From NCBI RefSeq assembly GCF_026571515.1, contig NW_026865491.1, forward strand, positions 1 to 64,000: a stretch of 64,000 nt of DNA, written 5' to 3'. This stretch comes from Ruditapes philippinarum. Its lineage: Eukaryota. Shown here piece by piece: positions 37,601-49,600 of this stretch (the first letter of the stretch is position 1; each line of letters opens with the position of its first letter). The notes below the pieces were generated by a model, which saw only the letters and a list, made by a program, of their open reading frames with translations, did no database searches and was not told the DNA's origin. A program made the translations under genes and the position numbers.

Positions 37601-40600
37601 GTGAGATTCTTGGAGCGACAAATTCGGTATTATTTCCGTATGATGATTCAATAAATCTATCACAGTCTGTGTTCGAATCCCCATCCATTTCTAAAAACAA
37701 TAGAGAACATACACATTCTCAAAACACTGCCAAGATATCAAAGCCCCCACAGGAGACCCCTCAAGATTTGAGATCAAATATGGCGACCACAGATCAAGGT
37801 AACGGCGCAATGTCAGAAAAAGAGCAATTGACTTTTCTATGTAATACTGTGAGGGAAATAAAATTGGGTCAAGAAAATATGCGTATATCGTTTGAAAAAA
37901 AGTTTGACAATTTAAAATCGGAACTAATGAGTACAATTAATTCGAAGGTGGACACTTTGAAAAATGAGCTCAAATTTGATATCACTCGAGAATCCGTGCG
38001 CATTGACGAGATGTTAACAAAAGTTGATCAGTTGAAAAAAAGAATGGTTTCTTTTGAGCAGGAAAGAGCGTCCGCGCATACAAGCGTTAACGGTACCTCG
38101 TTTGGTCAAGGTAATTCAATCAGTGACCCAAATCGAACATGCACGGCCAGCGGAATCCAGGTCACGGAGTTCGAGGACTTAATTCAGAAAGCACAGGAGC
38201 TAGTGAACTCATTAGGCGAAGAGGTCCAATCAAAAGTCATTGTAACGGATGCAATTCGACTACCGGCAAGATTTCACGATAGACCGCCGATATTGAAATT
38301 TAGTGTAGAAACACTAGAGCAAAAAATCCTGCTGTTGAGAAATAAGCCCAAACTACGTTTCAGTGCTGAATACAAACATGTTCAAGTACGTAGTAGTAAG
38401 TCACATATCGAACGACTTATTGAAATGAATGCAAGAGCAACCATTCGTAATTTGCCCCAAGGACGATCGTTACGCGTCGATGCTAGAGGACGCATCAAAT
38501 CGAGAGTACAGCATGAAAACGAGAGATTGCTTGGAGATAACGACGCACGTGCCGAAAATGCACGTGACCAAAATACAAACGCTGAATTTTAGGATATATC
38601 CCGGCCAAGGGCAATTCGGCTTGCTCATATCAACGTTTGCGGATGGACAAAAGATAACAATGATCTCAGAATAAGTATAATAAATTATCTACAAAGTGAC
38701 GTTATTTCGGTTTGTGAAACGCACCTTAAAGATAATATCGGATTAACAGTGCCTGGATATACGTGGATTGGTTACAATAGACAAGAAATTCATATAAATG
38801 CGCCAAAATCATCAGGTGGCGTTGGGTTGTTTGTGAAATCATGGATTTATCAGGAATACGAAGTAACTGTTATTGATAAATCGTTTGATGGAATTTTAGG
38901 AGTGAAATTCTTGCATAAAAATTCGGAGTACGAGTTTATTGTGTTTTCATGCTATTTGCCCCCAGAATGTTCAGCCCGTGGTCGTGACGCTTCTAGTTTC
39001 TTTGCACATTTATTATCGCAAATATACATAAATAGTGACAGTGATGGAATATTTTTGGCAGCTGATTTCAATGCCCGGATAGGATCATTATCGGATATAA
39101 TTAATGGTTTAGACAGCATTCCCCAAAGACACGTGTTAGATAAGACAATTAATCAGCATGGGCATGACTTTATTGAATTTCTGAATGATGCTAAATTTTG
39201 CATTCTCAATGGACGATGTGAAGTGGCCAACAATGACGCTTCTAACGGTAACGTCTCTATAGGCAACGGTTGGACATCGGTTTCACGGCGCGGAAAAGCA
39301 GTCGTTGACTATATCTGTGTACCACATGATCAATATTTAAAGTGTTTTTCGTTTGACGTCCTGTCAATGCAGTCAATAGTAGATAATTGCGGATTACATG
39401 GTTTACTTGGAGAAAGGTCAAGGTTACCCGATCACTCAGCAATTATCACACAATTTTACGCCGCGCATTCAGAAAATGTGGGTCAACAGTCGTCTACCGG
39501 TCAGGAGATTAAGCGATCGCGCTTCAAAGTAAGAAATGTACCGGACGATTTTATGGAAAGTGATTTAGCGAGGATGGCAATTATTGACTGTATATCGAGA
39601 ATTGAGAGCTTCCGGGAGACACAGGATAACATGGACAACATTTATGATCATTTTTGTGGAATGATATTTGAAGAAATAGACAGAAAAATTCCTAAACAAA
39701 ACTGTATTATTAGAGACAAGAGGCATAAAATTCGAAAACCATATTGGAATGAAACTCTGTCAGAACTATGGAAATTACAAAAACAAAAAGAACGTGAATT
39801 TCTGCGTTGTAACGGTACTCGACGTGTAAAATCTACATTACGTCGTGAATATACTATAGCAAGAGACACGTTTGATAAATCATTAAGTCAGGCTGAACGG
39901 GCATATAGAAAATCAAAGTCGGAAGAAATTGAAACAATGACAACAAAAAATCCTAACGAATTCTGGGAGAAAATAAACAAACTAGGCCCAAGAAGCAACA
40001 AATCGATCCCAATGGAAATTATTAATGGTGACGGCCATGTTACGTATGATGAAAGAGAGATTCTGAATAGATGGAAATGTGACTTTGAATGTTTATATAA
40101 TGGCACGGATTCTAATGATTTCAACAGTGAGCATTATAATCAGGCTAAAATACACAAGTCAATGTTGGAGAATAATATTAGTGATCCATTATACAACCAA
40201 AATGTAACACTTAACGGAAATATTACGTTGACGGAAATTAGTGAAGTTGTTATGAAAGCTAAATCCCGTTCAGCATGCGGTTACGATGAGATTCCGTATT
40301 TTGTTCTGAAATGTCCAGCTCTAATTGCCATCTTGAAAGAACTATTTCAGTTGATATTTGATACCGGCATTATACCATCTATATGGAGGAAATCAATTAT
40401 ATGTCCCATTTTGAAAGACCCAATGTCAGATCCACGTGTACCATTACATTATAGAGGAGTCAGTTTATTGTCATGTGTAAGTAAACTCTACACTGGTCTA
40501 GTTAATAAACGGTTGACAAAATATCTCGAAGAAAATGACTTACTGGAAGATGAGCAAAACGGCTTTAGACGCAATCGATCTTGTGAGGACCATGTCTTTT

Positions 40601-43600
40601 CGTTAAGCGGTATAATTCGCAACAATAATGAAGTATTTACATCCTTTATCGACTTACGCAAATGTTTTGATTTTATAGACATTGATATGTTATTATACAA
40701 ATTACTACTAAATGGCATTGACGGGAAAATGTACACAACAATTAAGAGCATTTATCAGAGATCTACGGCAAGTGTGCGTCTAAATAATAAGTTAACAGAC
40801 TGGTTCACATGTACTACTGGAGTAAAGCAAGGAGATTCGGCTTCCCCGACATTATATTCCATTTTCGCAAATGATCTAGTGAAGGAGATCAATGACCTTG
40901 ACCTTGGATTTAACATAGACGGAAGGAAGCTTTCGATGTTACTATATGCAGATGATATTGTATGTATCGCAAAATCTGAGGAGGACCTCCAACGTATTCT
41001 AGTCAAAGTTCGTGATTGGTGTAGACGGTGGCGAGTAATTATTAATACTGAGAAGTCCAAATGTATTCACTTCCGGAAAGGACGATCAGCACGTACGGAT
41101 TTTCAGTTCAGAGTTGGTGAAAATGTACTAAAGTTTGTTGACAGCTACAAGTATCTTGGCGTAACCTTTCGCAGTAACCATTATTTCACCATGAATGCGG
41201 AATTGCTAGCTAAAAGTGCAAGTCGAACTCTCGGTAAAATTATTGCAAAAATGCGATAAATAAAAGACTTTGGTTGTAAAAAATTCAAAAAGCTTTATAA
41301 TTCATGTGTCGTGCATATAATGGACTATTGTTCAGGTGTTTGGGGTTTTAAAAAATACCAATCGCTTGATAATGTACAGCACCGTGCTATTAGACACTAC
41401 ATGGGAGTCCACAGATTCGCACCTATTCTGGCAATCACGGGAGACATTGGATGGATACCAACAAATCAAAGACGATGGATTAACATGATACGAATATGGA
41501 ACAGGGTTATCACAATGGACGAAAATAGAATCACAAAACACGTATTTAACACGGATTACCGTAATTGTCATAATAATTGGTGTAGTGAAATCAAGGATAT
41601 ATTTTCAAAAATAGGCCTGGTAGAACATTTTAACAATCGTACGCCAGTGAATTTAATGATCGTTAAATCGGCTATTGAAAATCATTATAAGTCAGAGTGG
41701 AGCGAGAAATTGACTCAATTTTCTAAACTCAGAACATATAGACTCTTTAAAAATAACTTCGAGCAAGAATCATACCTTAAACTCAACTTAAAAAGAAACG
41801 AACGTTCATTACTCGCACAAATGCGCTGCGGTATATTACCAATTCGTGTAGAAACAGGAAGATATGTCGGTGAATTACCAGAACAGAGGCTATGTACATT
41901 ATGTGATTCAGGATCTATTGAGGATGAAATGCATTTCGTTTTAAAATGTAGCTTGTACCATGATATAAGACTCAACCATTTAAGTGAGATTTTTTCAAAT
42001 GATCAATTAACCCAATTTACAGACAGTGACAAATTTGTACATATTGTTCAGAATCACCCTAGAAAACTAGCTAGATTCTTAGTATCGGCATATATGAGGC
42101 GTAGAGACTATTTGTTTCATAGACACTGAAACTGTGATTACTTATTCATTTAAATATTTACTATTTTTTGCACTGTATTAGGACATTTTATGACATTGTA
42201 ATCTGAACTTTATTATCATATTTTATTGATATACATTAAGGTTTGAACAGTCGTAACGGTTTTTCTATAATCTTTGATAATCCCTTATTTATCACAGTAA
42301 CTGTATGTTAGAGTTATTATCGACTTAGAAATAGTATAGCATGATTTTTATGAACTATAAGATATAATGCATTAAAGGGACGTGGTCAGTTATCTTTAGA
42401 TTACAATTTAAGATAAGCCATCAATGAACTTTGAATAATGTTAAATTTTCGTTTTCGTTTTAGTATTGTTTAAAGTTAAGTACTTGGAACTTAAAATCAT
42501 ACCACGTTAACATATTCAGAACTTTTCAATAAACGTGTTTAATTTGTACATGATGTTACAATCATATTAAGATATTGAGATAAACCATAGTGAAAGGTTC
42601 TATAAACAGGTGATACATATATTTTATGAAAAATCTGTCATAATAATTCAACGTTTTCAAATGATAACAAATCTTGAATGTAACTTGTAAATTTTGGGCA
42701 TTCGATTCTTATTTGTCAAATATATTTACGGACAACATTGAATTTCTTATACAGTACTTTCTTGTGGTTAAACTATTTAGAATAAATTAGTATTTCTTTT
42801 GAGCTAGAAGATAAATAAGATCTTTCTTCTTTTTCTTTTTTTTATCTAAACATACCTTTTATGTTGTTCACGTGTTTTCAGATTTATTGTCTTCATGTTG
42901 TTTGTGTCTTATAGGCCCATTGGGCCGGGTGTATACTATTGTTTATACATGTCTTGTTTGTTCATTGCTTGTATGTTTACATATGACACATTAATAAAAT
43001 ATTTACTTACTTACTTACTTACTTACTTATTTTGCTATATAAATGGTCTGAATTATACGAATCCCTGTCATATGTGACAAGCGACCATAATTGTCTGGTC
43101 CCAATGCATTGCTTTGTCTGATTTAAATGACTTTCACACATTTTAATTGTCTGTTTATCAGGAATGTCAGACATAATCCCCTTCGGACAAAATCCCCTTC
43201 ACCTACCCGGACAAAATCCCCTTCATGGGTGGACATAATCCCCTTCATTTTTTTGCAAGGCTGGACAAAATCCCCTTCACTACCCGGACAAAATCCCCTT
43301 GTTTCATAGGTTTCTAATGTATTATTATGCTCCATAAAAATTGATGAATAATGAACTTTTTTTTATTTATTTATAATTATGTATCAATAGTTACCTTTAT
43401 TTAGTTTAGAAGTTTTCATTAAAATTATGGTAAATTATCAACTGCATAACACATATTTGATTAGGCAATTTCTTTAATAGTTTTAAATTGATTAGTATGA
43501 AAAACATTTTTATTAGCCAATAATTGTTTCATTGATTGTATAAGTTGATAATTCTAATTGATAGATACTATCCATTGTTACAATTTCTATTGATGAAAGA

Positions 43601-46600
43601 GTGATAATTTAATCAAACCACAGATCACTGCACTACTTGATTGATTGTTATGAATGCTTTAACAAAGCAATTTTAATGTGATTTAAATGTTGCTAATTGA
43701 ATGTGCTTTTCTGCTGAAATATGTTCTACTCATTTATACATTAAGATATTTACTACACAGCATAATGCAGTATGTGGCTCTCATACCCACTTAAAAAAAC
43801 AAAAATTCCTCTGAGGGGGATTTTGTCCTAGGTAGCAATTTTATGAAGGGGATTTTGTCCACTTCAAAATTTCACACATGAAGGGGATTATGTCCACCCA
43901 TGAAGGGGATTATGTCCGGATATACAAAAAGACATGAAGGGGATTTTGTCCGAAGGGGATTATGTCCGTACACCGTTTATCAGATAAATAATACCTGTTT
44001 TAACACCCAGAGGGCCAAAATAATTAAGTCCAATTATTATCAAGTAGTCAGTACACTTCAAACAACCTCTACACAACATTGCATCAATACACAGTTTACA
44101 TGTACATACAGGTATCAAGTGACTAGTATATGGTAAGCATGATGCAATCAATGTGTGTTAACACATTGAGGTGTGAAGTACATAATACCTGATCAAACTG
44201 GATTACCATTTTGTGTCCGATTTTTTTTTACTGTTTATGTAATGCCAAGGGAAGATTTTTTTAGACAGCATTTTTTTATTTCACCTTTCCATTGCTACAT
44301 GAATTCTACATGAAAATGTTGATAGATCTACCTTCCATTTAAAGAGAAAAAAAACTTTAGATATGAATATGTCTTAAAGTATGATATTTATTTTAAGGAT
44401 TTTGAATGGATCAGATTCAAGTTTATTTGTACTAAAATAATTCAATATAAATCTAATATAAAAATAAAATTTATTTTTATATGATATACATGCAATTAAT
44501 TATAATGTTTTACAGTGATTCTCATTTTATTTACATCAAGTATTTAAAGAGTTTATGTTTATTTACAATTGGTTACATATTATTCCTTCACACAGTTATG
44601 TATTTTAATTTTTTTTGAGACTGTATTAAGAGACTCCCTGTCATATGTGACCTTTTTCCAAGGGTCCCTTGGAAAGTCACATATGACAGTCTTGACTGTA
44701 TCCTCTTTTCTTGGTACAAATGTATGTTTTAATGTGAAGCTATATTTATTAGCAAAACATTAATGATTAGTTAATGAATGTTGAAATATACTTTTATGGT
44801 GTTTTTTCTGTATTCATCCTAATGTTCTAGATTAACTTGCTGTTTTTTTTTTTTTTTTTAATTAAAACAAGAATTTAAATTGTGATATTGAATTTTCACT
44901 TTGGCTAATGAAAATTTCTGTGACTGTTTAATACCTTAAGTTCTTACCTTATTAATACAGGTTAACCTGCTTAATATCTTAAATGAACTTGCCCAAGTTT
45001 CACTTTTGGAACAGTCTCTTATCAGTTTAAAAAAAATCAAGATGAAAAATTTAAAGTTGTTCAGCCAATAGGATAGAGCTTGACTTGGATCTATACTGGT
45101 GGCAAAGGCTTATCAATTTCAATTCCAGCAGATTAACTAAAAGATTTAATACATAAGACACTCACCTTCATAAAGTTTATAAGAGTGTTATATATATGTG
45201 CTCCACGTGGCAAAAAGAAACATGAACCAGGACTCAATTCGTGGAAGAAGAATAACTCCTGATCCTGAAATATACAATATATAATGTACAAGTCTGTTTA
45301 ACCATTACCATGCTATCTTAAATGAACTTGTCCATCTTGAAATCTGGACAAAACCATTCATCTTTTTTATGGAAAGTTTTAAAATAAATACTAACTGCAT
45401 ACCATACAGTGTAGAACATTTTTACTGTCTGCACTGTTCACATGGGTAAATTCAGTTACTGCCAGCCGGCTAAAGGTAAATACAGTGAAACATTATGATA
45501 GATGGTGTATCAATATCATTACATGTGAACAATAACATATAATAATCTGACTAGCCATAGAAAAAGGCAAACATTTTTTAGTTGATTTTGTTGGATTTTT
45601 CATCAAACAAATTCTGTCAAGGTCACATGACGATTTTGCAGCTTTACTGGTGAGGAAGACCTCAGGTGCCCCTGTGTGCATTATTTCAGGCACAAACAGG
45701 TACTGGAGTAGAACCACCAATCTTAGACAGATCTTAACCACTCTACTTCTTTCATTTTTGTTGGGCTTTTAACTTTTGAGTCAAATACAATATAAAGGTC
45801 ATATGGTGATTTCAGATGGCACAATATGTTACAACAGTAATTTGCAACTTTAGAGTCTGCAGCTGAAAAACGCTTACTTGATCTTTGGCCAATTATTTAT
45901 CACAAACTTACATATATGTATGTTAAACCAGCCTTTGGCACTTTGTTAACACTCAAAGCAAGACAAAATAAGGATAACTTACTACTCCAATTTTTCTATG
46001 ATTTCTTTTAGCTGCCTCCTCCTGGAAATGTTTCCATTCCTTCATCTGTTTGGGATCTGGGAATGAGATTCCATAAATTCTCTGAAGAGACTCGGCATCT
46101 GCCTTACCTTCCCAATATGTAGATGAATTCTGTAATATAACATTTAATCTTATATTTCCTAACATAATAATTTCCTCAAATTGTATAAATTCCAAGTCCC
46201 TGGCTTGAGTCAAATCTAATGCAGTAACAATGCAAGAAAGTGCAAGTTAACGTTCACAGTTCACTTTGATATATAGATAACATCAGTACTATTTATGGAA
46301 GGATTTATTAAGAGAAAGTGAGCAACTTCACTAACAAAACCATGTATACTGATCTATACCCCAATATATTAATACATGCAATACACGGGACAACTTACTT
46401 TAGTGACAGCCATTGACTTGATTTTACCAGTATGACGTACATGAGGTCCTCTACACAGATCTATCAAAGGTCCACATCTAAAATACAAAAGGTAAAGGTA
46501 GAAACATACTTTTTAAAAGGATAAAGGGGTCCATTATTGGCCTCAATAAAGGCCAAAGTTAACCCTGATAATAAAAGCCAACAACTTGAATAGCATCATA

Positions 46601-49600
46601 TATAAAATCAGTTTCAGTAAACGGACCAATCACAAGCAGTTGTGCACTATTGTTTGTTTGATTGGGTTTTACTTCACATCGACACAGTATAGGTCATTTG
46701 GCGACGTTCCAAATTTACTGGTGGAGGAAGACCTCAGGTGCCCTTCCATGCATTATTTCAGGCAAGAGCGGGCACCCGAGTAGAACCACCGACGTTCTGT
46801 AAGCTAGCTAGATAGCTTCCTCACATGAAAGAATCAAAAGTCCCTGTTGGGCTTCGAACCCACAATGGTGAGGGGCAAGTAGTTTGAAGTCAACGACCTT
46901 GTGCACTATTGTAATGATGAAACAAATAAAACAGCATTTGAAGATACGTATAATTATATACACACTGAAACACATTTTCATTAACCCTGGACTTCATTTT
47001 TAGATTAAACAATATTCATGCCATAATGTGAAATTTAGTATATTTATACAGTATCTTGATTAATGGGATCAATGAAATAATTATAAATATAAAGTTACCT
47101 ACTTGTACACAGTAGTTGTTGGGGTGGTAACCTTTTCAGTGATGATTCTTTTTTTAAACTCATTGTACTGAAAATAAATATCATAATACATTTCTGTTTA
47201 ACTTGTTAAGCATTTATTCAAGCTATGCATAGAGATGAATCTTTTGAAAAATTAAAATCATCTAATATCTTTGTCAGTGTTTAACCCAACCTGCAGGTGC
47301 AGACAAACAATATTGATTTCATATAGAAACACCAAATAATATTTACAGACTAATCAAATAAGTCCTGCATGTTTGTTTGGGTTTTACGTCACAACGACAC
47401 AGTATAGGTCATTTGGCGACTTTCCAGCTTTACTGGTGGAGGAAAACCTCAGGTGCCCTTCCGTGCATTATTTCAGGCACAAATGGGCACCGGAGTAGAA
47501 CCACAGACGTTCCATAAGCTAGCTGGATAGCTTCCTCACATGAAAGAATCCAAAGTCCCTGACGGGATTCAAACCCACTGCGTTGAGGGGCAAGTGGTTT
47601 GAAGTCAACAACCTTAACCACTCGACCAGGGACGCCCCAAGTCTTGCATGTACTGTATCTAATAAATTAAGAATATCAGTTCTTTCCCACCAAGAGCATA
47701 TAATTTTCAATATATTTGTGGGCACTTAATATCACAAAAAATAGATATGTTAAAAGGTTTTTCAATTTAATAAAAGAAATTGGTGAGTTTCTATATTTTG
47801 ATTACATACAGTTTCGCTGCCAGTTTATTAGAAGTTCATATATTTATATTACTTATATTACTTATATTAGCAACAACTTAAAACATGTCTACAAATTATC
47901 AGATATGTAACAGTCACTCTATACTTAAAATAAGTAATCTTAATTCCTAAAATATCTAGAAGGTATTAACATATTTTTCAATGATGGTTAACACTTCATT
48001 TTTTCAGAAGTTTGGTTACATATAACCATTGTTTGTTTACCTCAAACATCTTTAGAAGATTTTCCTTGGTCATAACAAGTCTCTCAAATGGTTGCTTATC
48101 TTTCACAATTTGTTTTACTCTATTCTCTATCACAGGGTAATCATTGCTTGATACCTGTCTATAATGATTGAACATAATATCTATTATCTACATTTTATTA
48201 CTTTACATAAAATACTAACAGTAGAAAAATCTCATCCAAAAACTCTTAAAATGTGTACAAATATATTATAATGTTAATAATTTTATCAACATAACAAAAA
48301 TTACTTTTTATAAGTAATTTATCCAGGCTTTGCAAACTTCTTTAATCAAATGTTAGCCTCTTGTATGAAATGTGTCTGACATTCAGAAATTTACCGTGTA
48401 TGTCTGTCCTCATATATCCATCAGTCATACTAATCATTTAACATTTTTTCCATATGTAAACATGCTTTATTAACATCAAATGTGATATCGCTACATGGCC
48501 ACTTAGAACATACAACAGAGAACAAATGATATGTTTAATGGCTTTAAAACTTCAGGCTCTACAGGAAAAGGTTTGCATGTATGCTAATTTAAGAAGTTAT
48601 TATTTCACTATGTGACAAAATGAAAAGGTACCTGTTTGACCACATGTCGTAGTAGAAACCGCCCTCTATGGGTGGACCGTAACAAAGATGTCCACCATAT
48701 AAACATTCCATGGCCTCACCTAATATATGTGCACTGGAATGCCAGAATACATACTCTCCTGCAATATATAGGCATCTAAATTATTCGGCAATCATCAAAG
48801 GTAAAAAAGATCAATCAAAATTGCCATCATATCTTGGAATAGATCCAAAAATTATGGTGCATCTGTAAAGTTTGACAAGTCTACACCCTTTTGGTTTTCT
48901 GTTTCAAGATTTTTCTACAAAAATCCTTTACGCAGAAAAATTGTCAGTTCAAGCAAATAATCACACAAATTTAGTGGTGCTGGGTTAAGACAAGTCAATA
49001 AGCCGCAAGGAAACCAGTTGCTTGGTATTTGGAAAATAATAGTAACATTTATAACAATAACATCTATAAAGATGTATGTAACAATATCAAAGAGCTTGCC
49101 AAATCAAACATACATTTTAATGCTTAAAATAAGCATGAATATCAAATACCCTATCATGGACTGAGGTATAAAATAAAGTGCATATTGTCATTTTACTCGA
49201 GATGTATAAATTCAGAAAATATCACATGTGTAATATTTATATGTGCTTTTGAAATCAACCATTTGTTCCTTTCTGTCAATAGTCTAAAGAAAGTAAGTTT
49301 ACATACACAAAAACCCTGACTTACCATCTTTATCATCAAACTTTAGCAACTGTAATGTTGCATCTTGTTCTAATGGACGATCAAGGTCCCATAATACATC
49401 GTTCACCTTTGCTATTACAGTGTTGTCTGCCAAACCTTGGCTGAAAATTATAACATTGTCTTATAACACATTTTATTTTGTACAAGACTATTATCATTCT
49501 ATTACTGTACCTACTTATAGATACAATCCGATATATATTTTTTTATTTTAAAGTTCAAAGCATTTCTGACTTGTCAAATGAATAAGCTGAATAAAGCATA

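Larger units (their letters stand above)
37528..43027 (+). mobile_element. Young non-LTR retrotransposon (LINE A; APE-RT with C-terminal CCHC; RTEX/Proto2-like, tentative), antisense in TARS intron 10
   Basis: 7-bp TSD TATTTTG at 37521-37527 and 43028-43034; ORF1 + ORF2; ~0.9-kb 3' UTR; AATAAA at 42993; (TTAC)n tail. Confidence 0.95.
37444..44698. mobile_element. TA-flanked MITE (Tc1/mariner/pogo-type) hosting two nested insertions; ~0.93 kb when reconstructed
   Basis: TA-CAGTCAAGACTG at 37442-37455 and CAGTCTTGACTG-TA at 44687-44700; TCCCTGTC(A/T)TAT motif recurs in all three remaining pieces. Confidence 0.8.

Noticed and set aside
37070-45165. Apparent loss of the TSGHW exon through LINE insertion
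   Set aside because: The exon is intact at 37298-37393 with canonical splice sites.
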